A stretch of 64,000 nucleotides of DNA from an uncultured Gammaproteobacteria bacterium (GCA_963758365.1 CAVWVB010000001.1:248428-312427); one strand, 5' to 3'. Positions 41,722-52,004 are shown, numbered from the stretch's first letter. Made by a program: numbers and translations. The notes: a model not told the origin generated them from the letters alone.

Positions 41722-42258
41722 TCAGACCCGGCGCGCAGGCAGCACGCGCGGGTTGCGCAGCAGCGCGGCCGAGATCAGCGACATGACCAGGCCGACCGGA
41801 AAAATCTCGGTGAACGTCATCGTGAGCCGATACGCGGGTTTCGCGTAGTCGGCCTTGAACTGGTCCATGTCGGCGATGAATTTCGCGAGCGCCGGTCCGC
41901 TGATGCCCGTGGCCTTCTGCTGCTCGATCAGGGTGTTCGTGTAGCTGCCGATGAAGTCGGCACCGCTGACCGCGAGCGCGGCTTCCCAGGCGACCACGTA
42001 GAACACGCTGGCGATGAAGCTGACGCCGAGGCCCGTCGCGAACGCGGGCCAGAACCGGATCACGCCGCCGAGGTCGACGTCGCGATGGCGTTTGATCGCG
42101 ACGAAAACCAGGCTGAGCGCGACCAGCATGATCAGGTAGCCCACCAGCACGCCGTAGCCGGACGGCGGCTGGTCGTGCAGGGCGACGGTGATGCCGAACA
42201 AGGCCGCACCGACGATCAGGCCGGCGATCGCGCCGAAGGACAGGATCTTGTTCAACAT
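41722..42258 (-). CDS. DUF4199-like small membrane protein
   Basis: GGAGGA SD before MLNKILSFGAIAGLIVGAALF. 4 predicted TM helices. The upstream part of ORF 41722..42405 is unlikely to be coding. Confidence 0.7.
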   Translation of the reverse strand: MLNKILSFGAIAGLIVGAALFGITVALHDQPPSGYGVLVGYLIMLVALSLVFVAIKRHRDVDLGGVIRFWPAFATGLGVSFIASVFYVVAWEAALAVSGADFIGSYTNTLIEQQKATGISGPALAKFIADMDQFKADYAKPAYRLTMTFTEIFPVGLVMSLISAALLRNPRVLPARRV

Positions 42259-42364
42259 GATGAGGTCTCCTCCAGGCGGGTTGCGCCATTGGCCGCGAAA
42301 TGGCGCGCTCGCGCAATCGGCCAAAGGGATGATTCCGTTGCGATCCGCCAAAAGGAATCGCCGA

Positions 42365-42793
42365 TCAGGGCGCGAGGCCGAGTTCGCGTGCGCGGTTGAC
42401 CGCATCGGTGCGCCGCCTGGCTCCGAGTTTTTCGTAGAGACGCGCGGCGTGCGTCTTCACCGTGCTCGGGGCGATATGCAACGCCCTGGCGATCTCCTTG
42501 TTCGAACGGCCGGCCGCGATCTCGCGCAGCACGGCCAGTTCGCGCGTGCTGATGCCGAGCGTGGCCTGCACCTGCGGGTTGCCTTGCGCCAGCCGCGTGG
42601 CCGGCACGCGCGCGAACACGCGCGCGCCGACGAAAACGCCGAGCGCAAGAAATGCAATGGCGACGAGGCCGACGTAGAAATCGGCCCAGTGGGTTCGCGC
42701 GAGACGCTGGTAGTCGAACCATTGCAGCACGAGCGCGGTCGATGCGAGCAGCACGCCGTAGAAGGCGGCGTGCTTCGCGATCGCGGCGGTCAT
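42365..42793 (-). CDS. membrane-anchored LuxR-family transcriptional regulator
   Basis: MTAAIAKHAAFYGVLLASTALVL...FYVGLVAIAFLALGVFVGA (2 TM), then ISTRELAVLREIAAGRSNKEIARALHIAPSTVKTHAARLYEKLG (LuxR HTH). The rest of the 694-aa track ORF is artefactual. Confidence 0.75.
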   Translation of the reverse strand: MTAAIAKHAAFYGVLLASTALVLQWFDYQRLARTHWADFYVGLVAIAFLALGVFVGARVFARVPATRLAQGNPQVQATLGISTRELAVLREIAAGRSNKEIARALHIAPSTVKTHAARLYEKLGARRRTDAVNRARELGLAP

Positions 42794-42948
42794 CCACGCG
42801 CGCTTCACGGTGCCTGCTCGCATCGGAACCAACAAGCCGCGGTCGGGCCGGCGCGGCGTGCGGCTGTCCCTGTGCACTTCGCGGTCGTCGGTTGCGCAGC
42901 GGGTTCGCGTGCGGTCGAGGTCAACGGGAGCGCGCATGACCTGGCGGT

Positions 42949-43350
42949 CTAGCGGTTGCGCAGCAAGCGGTCCAGACTCCACGGCCCGGCGCCCGCCGCC
43001 GAGAAGTAGAGGAATACGAAGCAGTAGAACACCGCAGCCTCGCCGTGGTTGAGCACGGGCCAGAATCCCTGCGGCGCATGTGCGATGAAATATGCGAACG
43101 CCATCTCGCCGGACAGTACGAATGCGACCGGCCGCGTGAACAGGCCGAGCAGCACGAGGCCGCCGCCAACGAATTCCAGGCAGCCCGCGAATCCCATCAG
43201 CGAGAACAGCGCGACCGTGTGATCCGCGGCGCCGGGCACGCCGAACAGCTTCTGCGCGCCATGTTCCATGAACAGGAATGCGGTGACGATGCGCAGGACG
43301 CTGAGCAGCGCCGGCGCCCACTTCGACCAGAACGAATTCGCATCGGACAT
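42949..43350 (-). CDS. DoxX family membrane protein
   Basis: LRIVTAFLFMEHGAQKLFG...GCLEFVGGGLVLLGLFTRPVAFVLSGEMAFAYF is the typical DoxX pattern. Confidence 0.85.
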   Translation of the reverse strand: MSDANSFWSKWAPALLSVLRIVTAFLFMEHGAQKLFGVPGAADHTVALFSLMGFAGCLEFVGGGLVLLGLFTRPVAFVLSGEMAFAYFIAHAPQGFWPVLNHGEAAVFYCFVFLYFSAAGAGPWSLDRLLRNR

Positions 43351-43657
43351 GCTCTTCTCCCGGGACGGTCATGGTGTAGCGGACGACGGATCGCGTGCGC
43401 AGCGTACGAGCCGCGTCGGGCAATGTCCACGACCTGGCCCGCGCGCCGATCGAGTGCTCCGCCCCGGACCGGAGCCCGGCTGGTTTCCCCGCGCGGGCGA
43501 TCCGGCGCCGCAGCACGAGGGAGCGGGTTGCGGCGACGGCCGCACGCCGCCGCATCCTGGCGAGCGCACCGGCCCGGGACGACCAGCGCCGGCGCGCACT
43601 TGATTTCGTATCGGCGCTGACGACACTGGCCTGCCGCCATCTGGAGCAGCGCACACC

Positions 43658-45022
43658 GTGACCGCCAAGGCGATTTTCCGCGCGCTGCGCGAGGCCGTCG
43701 TGACCCTGCTCGCGGCGCTGGTCACGATGCTGTGCGCGCTCGCGATCGATGCCGAGCCCGGACCGGCGATTCTCGCCGTGGTGCTGTGCGTTTCGCTTTC
43801 GCGCAGCCAGCTCGATCGCGACCTGCGCGGCCGGCTGGAAGCGGCGATCACGCTGCCCGCGGTCAGTCTGGCAGCCCTCGGCGTCGGCATCCTCCTGCAG
43901 CGCTGGCCGTGGCTCGGTGCCGCGGCGTTCGTCGCCGGCCTCGCGCTGCCGATCTGGCTGCGCCGCTTCGGTCCCGCCCTGCGTCGCGCCGGTGCGCTGA
44001 TCGCGCTGCCATTCGTGGTGATCCTGGTCACGCCGCACGTATCGCTGAGCCGGGTCGGTCCTGCGCTGGCCCTGCTCGTTCCGATCCTCGTCGCGCTGCT
44101 CGCGTTGCTCTGGGTCGCGGTGTTCCATGCGTTGGGACGACGCCTCGGCTGGCTGCCGCCGCTGCGCATCGGCAGCGCGCCGCGCGCCGCGCCCGCGCGC
44201 GAGAGTGCATTGCGCCCTGCAGCCAGCACGCGCATGGCCATCCAGATGGCGGTTGCACTCGCGGCCGCGTTCGTCGTCGGTCATGTGTTTTTCGCGCAGC
44301 GATGGACCTGGGTCGTGCTCACCGCGTATATCGTCGGCAGCGGCAACCAGGGCCGGCTGGACGTCGCCTACAAGAGCGTGCTGCGCGTTCTGGGCGCTGC
44401 GGCCGGAACCGTGCTGGCGCTGACCTTCACGCTCCAGCTCGGCGCGCATGACACCACGACGGTGGTGCTGATCCTCGCGGCGGTATTCCTCGGCATCTGG
44501 CTGCGTCCGCTCGGTTATGCGTGGTGGGCGCTGTTCGTCACGCTGGCGCTCGCACTGCTGCAGGGCTTCGAAGGTTCATCGGCGCAGATCCTGTGGCCGC
44601 GACTCGAGGAGATCGTGATCGGCGCGATCATCGGTGTCGCCGCGGCATGGTTCGTCGTGCCGGTGCGCTCCACCGCGGTGCTCCGCCGCCGCATCGCCGA
44701 TGCACTGGCCGCGCTGGCCGATGCGCTGGATCCGGCGACGTCGCCGCGCTCGTCCGCAGCGTTCGAGGCGGCACTCGATCAGGTTGAACGGGTCATGCCC
44801 GCGTTCCGCGCGACGCGACGCGTGACTCGGCGCCTGTCTCGCGTGCAGCCGGCCGACTGGGTGGACGCGCTGGTCGCGTGCCGCCGACGCGCGATCGCGT
44901 TGATCGCCACGGGCGAAACGCCCCCTGCCGTTCGCAAGGCCATCGGCGCGGCGCGCCAGGCCATGCGCGATCCGCAATCGATTCAGCCCGCGCTCGGCAA
45001 CCTGCGCGATGCACTCGGCTGA
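43658..45022 (+). CDS. FUSC-family (aromatic/fusaric acid efflux-like) membrane protein
   Basis: 454 aa from a GTG start. Two hydrophobic blocks with ...RWTWVVLTAYIV...RVLGAAAGTVLAL... pattern and a soluble helical C-terminal region. Confidence 0.7.
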   Translation: MTAKAIFRALREAVVTLLAALVTMLCALAIDAEPGPAILAVVLCVSLSRSQLDRDLRGRLEAAITLPAVSLAALGVGILLQRWPWLGAAAFVAGLALPIWLRRFGPALRRAGALIALPFVVILVTPHVSLSRVGPALALLVPILVALLALLWVAVFHALGRRLGWLPPLRIGSAPRAAPARESALRPAASTRMAIQMAVALAAAFVVGHVFFAQRWTWVVLTAYIVGSGNQGRLDVAYKSVLRVLGAAAGTVLALTFTLQLGAHDTTTVVLILAAVFLGIWLRPLGYAWWALFVTLALALLQGFEGSSAQILWPRLEEIVIGAIIGVAAAWFVVPVRSTAVLRRRIADALAALADALDPATSPRSSAAFEAALDQVERVMPAFRATRRVTRRLSRVQPADWVDALVACRRRAIALIATGETPPAVRKAIGAARQAMRDPQSIQPALGNLRDALG

Positions 45023-45636
45023 ACGGCCGGCCACGGCTCCGCCCACGCGGGAATCCGCTTGAGGCCGTCGAGCCAGCGCACGATGTTCGAAAACGCCTGC
45101 ATCGGCATCTTCGATTCGCGCCAGTCGGTGGCCATCGAGGCGAGGTGGAAATCGGCGATCGTCAGGCGTTCGAGCGCGACGTGCGTACGTCCGTCCAGGT
45201 GCGCGTCGAGCACCTTCGCGCAGCGCTCGAAGGCGGAAGCCGCGGGCTTCAGCGCCTCGTCGTCCGCCGGCCCGAGTCCGAACGTCGCCTTGACGATGTA
45301 TTCGAAATAGTATGGCGCGACCGCGGGCGACCAGTGGCAGTCGCTCCAGGCAAGCCAGCGCAGCATCTCGACCTGCGCGGCGGGCGCATGCGCGGGCCAC
45401 ATGTCCGAGCCCGCCTTGATGCACAGGTAGGCCATGATCGCCGACGATTCCCAGAGTACGACGTCGCCGTCGACGAGCGTGGGCGCCTTGGTGTTCGGGT
45501 TCAGCTGCGCATACCGCGCTGCCTTGAGTCCGCCCGGCGCGCGATTCTGCTCGATGAACTCGGCTTCGATGCCGAGATGGCGGGCCAGCGCGAGCACGCG
45601 ACGCGGCGCCTGGGCCTTGATCCAGTAGATCTGCAT
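44983..45636 (-). CDS. glutathione S-transferase
   Basis: Start MQIYWIKAQAPRRV inside ORF 44983..45696. KAPTLVDGDVVLWESSAIMAYL (GST N-domain with the ES motif), then a helical C-domain. Confidence 0.85.
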   Translation of the reverse strand: MQIYWIKAQAPRRVLALARHLGIEAEFIEQNRAPGGLKAARYAQLNPNTKAPTLVDGDVVLWESSAIMAYLCIKAGSDMWPAHAPAAQVEMLRWLAWSDCHWSPAVAPYYFEYIVKATFGLGPADDEALKPAASAFERCAKVLDAHLDGRTHVALERLTIADFHLASMATDWRESKMPMQAFSNIVRWLDGLKRIPAWAEPWPAVQPSASRRLPSAG

Positions 45637-45827
45637 GCGACTCTCCTTTGGTCGATCGATGCAATGCGAACGAACGAGCGCGTCGCAAATCGACATCCAC
45701 GGTCACCCGATCGCGCGCACCTGTTGTTGCATCGTCGCCGCTCGGGTTGCGAACGCGCAATCGAGTGGCTTTTCCACCGCGTGCCGGTCGTGCATTCTTG
45801 CGGCCCGGATGATTTCAGGAGACAACG

Positions 45828-46283
45828 ATGAAACGCATGCGTGTGTCACGTGTGCCACTTGCAGCGGTCCTGATGACGTTCGCGCTGGCGGCTCTTGCGC
45901 GCGACGACTCGGGCGCCACGAGCGCGATCCTGAAGGCCGAGGCCGTGCTGTGCCGTGCATTCGAGCGCGGCGACGCGGTCACGCTGGGAAGGGGACTCGA
46001 TGCGCGTTTCACGCTGACCAGCTCCCGGGGCGAAGTGACCGACCGCGCGCAGAACCTCGCCGAGGTCGCGAAGCGCGATCCCGCGTACGAAGTGTTCCGC
46101 AATCACGAACAGAAAGTCCGCCTCTACGGCGACGCCGCGATCGTGACCGGAATCACCACGGTCAAGGGTCATTCGGGCGCGGATGCGTTCGCGGCCGACT
46201 TCCAGTACACCGACACCTGGATACGTCGCGACGGCCACTGGTTGCTCGCGGCCAGTCATGCCAGCCGCATCGGCAACGGCTAG
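45828..46283 (+). CDS. DUF4440 / SnoaL-like (NTF2 fold) secreted protein
   Basis: Signal peptide. ...LDARFTLTSSRGEVTDRAQNLAEV...VRLYGDAAIVTGITT...YTDTWIRRDGHWLLAASHAS is the typical DUF4440 pattern. Confidence 0.75.
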   Translation: MKRMRVSRVPLAAVLMTFALAALARDDSGATSAILKAEAVLCRAFERGDAVTLGRGLDARFTLTSSRGEVTDRAQNLAEVAKRDPAYEVFRNHEQKVRLYGDAAIVTGITTVKGHSGADAFAADFQYTDTWIRRDGHWLLAASHASRIGNG

Positions 46284-46441
46284 TGGCCTGTAACGTTCAT
46301 GTGGAAGTGGATCGTAACGTCGCGGTGCCGGGCGCCGACCCGAAAAGAAGCCCGTGGGGGTTCCATCGACCGATCGAGGGGCAAGTACAGCGCCGCTAGA
46401 TCGAGCGAGGCCCTTTCGATACGAGCGTTACAGGTCACTAG
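46280..46441. repeat. 162-bp segment bounded by 16-bp inverted repeats (MITE-like or structured element; weak)
   Basis: ctagtggcctgtaacg (46280-46295) versus cgttacaggtcactag (46426-46441), 15/16 complementary. The interior is relatively A/T-rich and non-coding. Confidence 0.3.
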
Positions 46442-46648
46442 TGATCGACCGCCATCGACGAACCGGAGCCGGGCCCAGGCGCGGCGCCCGCATGGCACGA
46501 ATGCGTGCGCCTTGGGCCGCGCCGGGATCGCGGGTTGTGCCTGCCAGGTACCGCAGCCAGGCGCGCGCGGCCCATCTGGCCCAACCGACACATTCCCTTC
46601 GCGCACGGGCGCGTTAGGCTGCGCGCATCGTCCAACGGAGAACGCGCT

Positions 46649-47821
46649 GTGGTTCGCTTGCATTGGTTGCGGGGTGGGATGGTTTTTCTGGCTGCGTGGG
46701 CCGGCGTCGCCGCCGCGACCTCGCAGGGTGCGGCGCCGACGAAGCCGGCGTTCAGCCGCGACGATGCGCGCGCGATCGTCGCAACCTTGCGCAAGGTGGT
46801 CAGTCCGCGCGGCATCCAGGCCCTGGTCGAGATTCCGGTCAACGGCACGCGGCAGTGGATCTCGCTGCGCGGCAACGATGCGCGCAATCCGCTGCTGCTG
46901 TTCCTGCACGGCGGACCGGCTTCGCCGGACATGCCGCTCGCGTGGACCTTCCAGGCGCCGTGGGAGGACTACTTCACGGTCGTGCAGTGGGACCAGCGCG
47001 GCGCGGGCAAGACCTACGCGGCGAACGATCCCGCACGCGTCGCGGCCGGCATGACGATCGACGGGATGACCGCGGATGCCGAACAGGTCGTGACCTATCT
47101 GCGCAAGACCTATCACAAGCGCAAGATCTTCCTGCTCGGGCATTCGTGGGGTTCGGTGCTCGGGGTGCGTCTCGCGCAGGCGCATCCGGACTGGTTCTAC
47201 GCCTACATCGGCGTGGGCCAGATCGCGAACATGCGCCGGAGCGAAGCGGACGGGTACCGGTTCGCGGTCGCCGCGGCGCGCGCGCATGGCAACCAGGAGG
47301 CGTTGCGCGATCTCGCGCGCATCGCACCGTATCCGGCGCCGGACAGGCCACTGGATCTGGCCACGATCAGCACGCAGCGCAAGTGGCTCGAACGGTACGG
47401 TGGCCTCGCGTGGGGACGCACGAGCTTCCAGTACGACTCCGACGCGGAAAAACTCGCGCCCGAATACAGCGACGCCGATCTCGCCGCGATCGACGCGGGC
47501 AGCCTGTTCTCGCTGCAGCATCTGCTGGGTCCGCTGAGCGACGTCGACTTCGGCAAGACCACACGCTTCGAGCTGCCGATCCTGCTGTTCCTCGGGCGCC
47601 ACGACTACTCGGTCTCGCACGAAGTCGCCGCGCACTGGTTCGCGAGCCTGCACGCGCCGGCCAAGAAGCTGGTCTGGTTCGAGGACTCGGCGCACATGGT
47701 CATGCAGGAACAGCCCGGGCGGTTCCTCGTGCATCTGGTCGAAGACGCGCGCCCGTATGCGGTGAGAGCCGGCGACGCCGCGCCGGACGAGATCGTGGAA
47801 ACCGCGCACGGCGGTCCGTGA
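46649..47821 (+). CDS. secreted alpha/beta hydrolase (prolyl-aminopeptidase-like)
   Basis: GGAGA SD plus GTG 46649 gives the signal peptide VVRLHWLRGGMVFLAAWAGVAAA. LFLHGGPA, WDQRGAGKT, nucleophile elbow GHSWGS. The maximal ORF starts at 46505. Confidence 0.8.
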   Translation: MVRLHWLRGGMVFLAAWAGVAAATSQGAAPTKPAFSRDDARAIVATLRKVVSPRGIQALVEIPVNGTRQWISLRGNDARNPLLLFLHGGPASPDMPLAWTFQAPWEDYFTVVQWDQRGAGKTYAANDPARVAAGMTIDGMTADAEQVVTYLRKTYHKRKIFLLGHSWGSVLGVRLAQAHPDWFYAYIGVGQIANMRRSEADGYRFAVAAARAHGNQEALRDLARIAPYPAPDRPLDLATISTQRKWLERYGGLAWGRTSFQYDSDAEKLAPEYSDADLAAIDAGSLFSLQHLLGPLSDVDFGKTTRFELPILLFLGRHDYSVSHEVAAHWFASLHAPAKKLVWFEDSAHMVMQEQPGRFLVHLVEDARPYAVRAGDAAPDEIVETAHGGP

Positions 47822-47909
47822 CACGGGACTCCGGGGGTGTCGCATCGCTGCGGCGATGGGGAATCGCGGGCCGCAGGGCGCAAGCACGAAGGGGCGCGGC
47901 ACCGCGCGT

Positions 47910-49124
47910 TCAGGTACGCCGCAGGCGCGCGAACGAAAACAGTCTGGCGCACGGGTGGCGCCGGCCCTGCAGATGATCGCGCAGCAATTCGGCACCGATC
48001 AGGCTGTAGGTGATGCCGTTGCCGCCATAGGCCATCGCGAACAGCACGCGCGGTCCGTGTTGCGGGTGGGCGCCGAAGTAGGGCAGGCCATCGCGGGTTT
48101 CGGCGAACGTGCCGGCCCATGCGAATGCGGGATCCAGCGTCATCCGCGGAAACAGGGCGGCGACCTGCTTGCGCAGGGCGCGCGCCTTGCGCAGTACCGA
48201 CGCGTCACGCCGCGCGGGGACGTCGATACGGTCGTCCTCGCCGCCGACGATGAGGCGACCGTCCGCGCTGCTGCGCGCATAGAGATACGGCCGCGCCGAT
48301 TCCCAGAGCACGCACTCGGCGATCGGCCCGAGCCCTGAGGGCACGGGATCGGTCACGAACGCGTAACTGCTGCGGTTGCGCGCGACGCGCTCGTCGAGGT
48401 GGTCCTGACTTTCGTAGCCCGACGCGATCACGAGATGCCGGCAACGGATCCTTGCGTCTTCGCCGACGGTTGCGTCGACTCCGCCGCGGCGCGGTTCGAA
48501 CGTGCGCATCGGGCTGCGATCGAATACGCGTCCACCGCGCCGCACGACGCGCGCGAGCAGCCGATGCGCGAGCTGGTACGGATCGACCTGCGCGGCGACC
48601 TCGCTGAGCAGCGCGACCGGCGCATCGAAGCCGAATTGCGCGGCGACGTCGTCCGCCTCGAGCACGCGCAGGCGGAAGCCGTGCGCCTGGCGCAGTGCGC
48701 CTTCCCTGCGCAGGCGCCGCGCGTGGTACCAGTGGCTCGCGTAGTAGAGGCTGCGCATCGGCTTCGCGTCGACGCCGCCGAGCTGGCGCGCAATGCGCAG
48801 TACCTTGCGCACGGCCTGCTCGCCGCTGCGATAGGCCAGCACCGCATCGCTCTCGCCGACGCGTTTGGCCAGGTCGTGCAGCTCGACGTCGATCTCGTAC
48901 TGCAGCAACGCAGTGCTGGCTGCGGTGCTGCCCCAGCCGGCTTCGCGGCGGTCGATCACGCACACGTCGATGCCCGCCCGAGCGAGATGGTCCGCGACCA
49001 GCGCACCGGTGATGCCCGCGCCGACCACGAGCACGTCGCAGTCGAGGTTTTCGCGCACGGCCGGGAAGCGCGAGAGCAGGCCGTTCCTGACGATCCACCA
49101 GGGATAACCGCTCTTGAGGTCCAT
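47910..49124 (-). CDS. FAD-dependent oxidoreductase (DAO family)
   Basis: CDVLVVGAGITGALVADHLARAGIDVCVIDRR is a Rossmann GxGxxG motif with a terminal acidic residue. 404 aa. Confidence 0.85.
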   Translation of the reverse strand: MDLKSGYPWWIVRNGLLSRFPAVRENLDCDVLVVGAGITGALVADHLARAGIDVCVIDRREAGWGSTAASTALLQYEIDVELHDLAKRVGESDAVLAYRSGEQAVRKVLRIARQLGGVDAKPMRSLYYASHWYHARRLRREGALRQAHGFRLRVLEADDVAAQFGFDAPVALLSEVAAQVDPYQLAHRLLARVVRRGGRVFDRSPMRTFEPRRGGVDATVGEDARIRCRHLVIASGYESQDHLDERVARNRSSYAFVTDPVPSGLGPIAECVLWESARPYLYARSSADGRLIVGGEDDRIDVPARRDASVLRKARALRKQVAALFPRMTLDPAFAWAGTFAETRDGLPYFGAHPQHGPRVLFAMAYGGNGITYSLIGAELLRDHLQGRRHPCARLFSFARLRRT

Positions 49125-49225
49125 GCTTGCAGATCCGCGACCGATCGGGGCGCGGCGATCCTAGCCGGCGCTACCTGCACCGCGCACGAACGCGCGTTTC
49201 ATGCGGGGCGGGTATAGTCGGGACG

Positions 49226-49810
49226 ATGGCGAACGCACCCGGTCCACCGGCACCGCGAGCCGCGGATGCCGCACGCAGGCGCCCGCGGACGAAGGACGCG
49301 CGTACGCCGAGGCCGCTGCGAACCGTCGGCACCCGCGAAGTCCTTGGCTGGAAGGAATCGGTCGTCCTGCCCGGGCTCGGCGGCGCCTGTCTGCTGGCCA
49401 AGCTCGACACCGGCGCGCGCACGTCGGCCCTGCACGCGGCCGATCTCGAATTGCACCGCCATCATGCGATGCTCTGGGTCGAATTCGATCTGCCCGACGT
49501 CGCGGCGCGCGTGCCGCGACGTTACCGCCTGCCGGTCGTTGAACACCGCGCGGTCAAGAGTTCGATCGGCAGCCGCCAGATCCGCCCCGTGGTCGTGCTC
49601 GCGCTGACCCTGGCCGGACAGACCTGGACGACCGAAGTCACCCTGACCGATCGCTCGGACATGGAGTTGCCGATGCTGATCGGACGCTCGGCGCTGAAAG
49701 GCCGCTTCGTCGTCGACCCTGCGCGCACGCGTCTGGCCGGCCCCCACTCGATATCGGCCCGAGTGCGCGTCGCCGGGGGCGTCGCCCCCGCTCGCGGCGC
49801 AAACCGCTAG
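49226..49810 (+). CDS. RimB-like retropepsin-fold protease (PF05618 'ATP-dependent zinc protease' family)
   Basis: Start MANAPG inside ORF 49127..49810. LGWKESVVLPGLGGACLLAKLDTGARTSALHA (DTGA motif) ...PMLIGRSAL. Immediately upstream of rimK, as in Pseudomonas rimABK. Confidence 0.8.
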   Translation: MANAPGPPAPRAADAARRRPRTKDARTPRPLRTVGTREVLGWKESVVLPGLGGACLLAKLDTGARTSALHAADLELHRHHAMLWVEFDLPDVAARVPRRYRLPVVEHRAVKSSIGSRQIRPVVVLALTLAGQTWTTEVTLTDRSDMELPMLIGRSALKGRFVVDPARTRLAGPHSISARVRVAGGVAPARGANR

Positions 49811-49825
49811 CTACGGAGAGTACCG

Positions 49826-50731
49826 ATGAAAATTGCGATGCTTGCGCGCAACGCGAATCTCTACTCGCATCGGCGCCTGGTCGAGGCCGCCGAGGCCGCA
49901 GGCCATACGCTGGACATCGTCAACACGCTGCGCTGCTACATGAACATCACCTCGCACCGTCCCGAGGTCTACTACAACGGCCAGAAGCTGACCGGCTACG
50001 ATGCGATCATTCCGCGCATCGGCGCGTCGATCACGTTCTACGGACTCGCGGTACTGCGCCAGTTCGAGATGATGGGCGTGTATCCGCTCAACGAGTCGGT
50101 CGGCATCGGCCGCTCGCGCGACAAGCTGCGCTCGATGCAGTTGCTTGCGCGCGACGGCATCGGCCTGCCGGTGACCGCGTTCGCGCACGATCCGAAGCAG
50201 ACCGAGGAAGTGCTCAAGGTGGTCGGCGGCGCGCCGCTCGTGATCAAGCTGCTCGAGGGTACCCAGGGCATCGGCGTGGTGCTCGCCGACACGCCGCGCT
50301 CGGCGAAGTCCGTGGTCGAGGCATTTCGCGGCGCCAACGTGAACATCCTCGTGCAGGAGTTCATCAAGGAAGCCGGCGGCTCGGACATCCGCGCGTTCGT
50401 GATCGGCGGCAAGGTCGTCGCGGCGATGCAGCGCCAGGGTGCCGAGGGCGAATTCCGTTCCAACCTGCATCGTGGCGGCAGCGCGCGTTCGATGAAGATC
50501 ACCGCCGAGGAGCGATCGACCGCGGTGCGCGCGGCCAAGGCGATGGGACTCAACGTGTGCGGCGTGGACATGCTGCGCTCCAATCACGGCCCGGTCGTGA
50601 TGGAAGTCAATTCGTCGCCGGGTCTGGAGGGCGTCGAGAAGGCCACCGGCATCGATGTCGCGAAGCTGATCATCGAATTCATCGAGCGCAACGCCGAACC
50701 CGGAAAAACCAGGACGAAAGGGCGCGGATGA
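49826..50731 (+). CDS. rimK: ribosomal protein S6 L-glutamate ligase RimK (ATP-grasp)
   Basis: [41 protein letters not shown]... is nearly colinear with E. coli RimK. ATP-grasp motifs are present. Confidence 0.95.
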   Translation: MKIAMLARNANLYSHRRLVEAAEAAGHTLDIVNTLRCYMNITSHRPEVYYNGQKLTGYDAIIPRIGASITFYGLAVLRQFEMMGVYPLNESVGIGRSRDKLRSMQLLARDGIGLPVTAFAHDPKQTEEVLKVVGGAPLVIKLLEGTQGIGVVLADTPRSAKSVVEAFRGANVNILVQEFIKEAGGSDIRAFVIGGKVVAAMQRQGAEGEFRSNLHRGGSARSMKITAEERSTAVRAAKAMGLNVCGVDMLRSNHGPVVMEVNSSPGLEGVEKATGIDVAKLIIEFIERNAEPGKTRTKGRG

Positions 50732-51822
50732 GTCGCGCGGGAGGCCACGCAGGCACCGCCGGAACGCAGTCCGCGCGCACGCCCGCGCGCGCCGCATTCG
50801 AAATCGGCAGCCACTCCATCCGCGCGGGCACGCGCTCGACCGTCGAGCTCCCGGTCAGCCTGCTCGCCAACCATATTCCGGTCAGCCTGCCGGTTCACGT
50901 GATACATGGCGCCCGGCCCGGGCCGGCGATCTTTCTCTCGGCCGCCGTGCATGGCGACGAGATCATCGGTGTCGAGATCATCCGCCGCGTGCTGCGAAGT
51001 GCGGCGCTGAACCGCCTTGCCGGTACCGTGCTCGCGATCCCGATCGTCAACGTCTACGGATTTCTCAACCAGTCGCGCTATCTGCCGGACCGGCGTGACC
51101 TCAATCGCTGTTTCCCGGGCTCCGGGCACGGTTCGCTGGCCGCGCAGCTGGCCGACCTGTTCCTCAACGAGGTCGTGCGCCGCTGCGAATTCGGCATCGA
51201 CCTGCACAGCGCCTCGCGGCACCGGATGAACCTGCCGCAGATCCGGATCAGTCCGACCCGGTCCGCGCGCCTCGGCGAACTCGCGCGCGCGTTCGGTGCT
51301 CCGGTCACGCTGACCAGCCCGGTGCGCGAAGGGTCGCTGCGCGCGGCCGCGGAATCGGCCGGCGTCGAAACGCTGTTGTACGAAGCCGGCGAAGCGCTGC
51401 GCTTCGACGAACTGCCGGTGCGCGCGGGGGTCCGTGGAATCCTGTCGGTGCTGCAGGCGCTGGGCATGCTGCGGCCGCGCGCCGCTTCGGAAAAACGCCG
51501 GGTCCCGCTCGAGGTCTCGGAGAGCCGCTGGATTCGCGCGCCGCGCGGCGGCCTGCTGCGCACCTTCAGGACGATCGGCGATGCGGTCGGCAAGGGCGAC
51601 CGCCTCGGCGTGGTTTCCGATCCGTTCGGCGATGTCGAGGTGGACGTGGTCGCGAGCGCGAACGGCCTGGTCATCGGGCGCACCAACCTGCCGCTCGTGA
51701 ACAGCGGGGATGCACTGCTGCACGTCGCGTTGTTCCCGGATCCGGACCGCGCCAAGGAGCATGTCGACGAAGTGCACGATGCGCTCGAAGCCGATCCGCT
51801 GCTCGACGACGACAGCCCTTGA
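50728..51822 (+). CDS. succinylglutamate desuccinylase/aspartoacylase-family (M14-like) zinc deacylase
   Basis: ATG 50728 overlaps the rimK stop. [10 protein letters not shown] (HxxE zinc site), [14 protein letters not shown] motifs typical of the AstE/AspA family. Confidence 0.85.
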   Translation: MSRAGGHAGTAGTQSARTPARAAFEIGSHSIRAGTRSTVELPVSLLANHIPVSLPVHVIHGARPGPAIFLSAAVHGDEIIGVEIIRRVLRSAALNRLAGTVLAIPIVNVYGFLNQSRYLPDRRDLNRCFPGSGHGSLAAQLADLFLNEVVRRCEFGIDLHSASRHRMNLPQIRISPTRSARLGELARAFGAPVTLTSPVREGSLRAAAESAGVETLLYEAGEALRFDELPVRAGVRGILSVLQALGMLRPRAASEKRRVPLEVSESRWIRAPRGGLLRTFRTIGDAVGKGDRLGVVSDPFGDVEVDVVASANGLVIGRTNLPLVNSGDALLHVALFPDPDRAKEHVDEVHDALEADPLLDDDSP

Positions 51823-52004
51823 ACGGCGGGCCGAGTGGCTGCGCGAACCGCACGCGCGGATCCGCGCGCGATGCGGACGGCGGCATCGTTGCCGCGTCGG
51901 GCCGGAGCCGGGCCGTCGCGGTTCGGGAAGCGCAGCAGGCGCGCGCGAATGCAAGAATCCGTGCGCGGGCACGGTCAGGCTGATTTCACTGCAAGGAGAA
52001 CGCC

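Noticed and set aside
42365-44449. 694-aa minus-strand ORF
   Set aside because: Only the last 142 aa form a coherent protein (2 TM + LuxR HTH). The remainder is Arg-rich nonsense, antisense to the FUSC gene and out of frame with DoxX.
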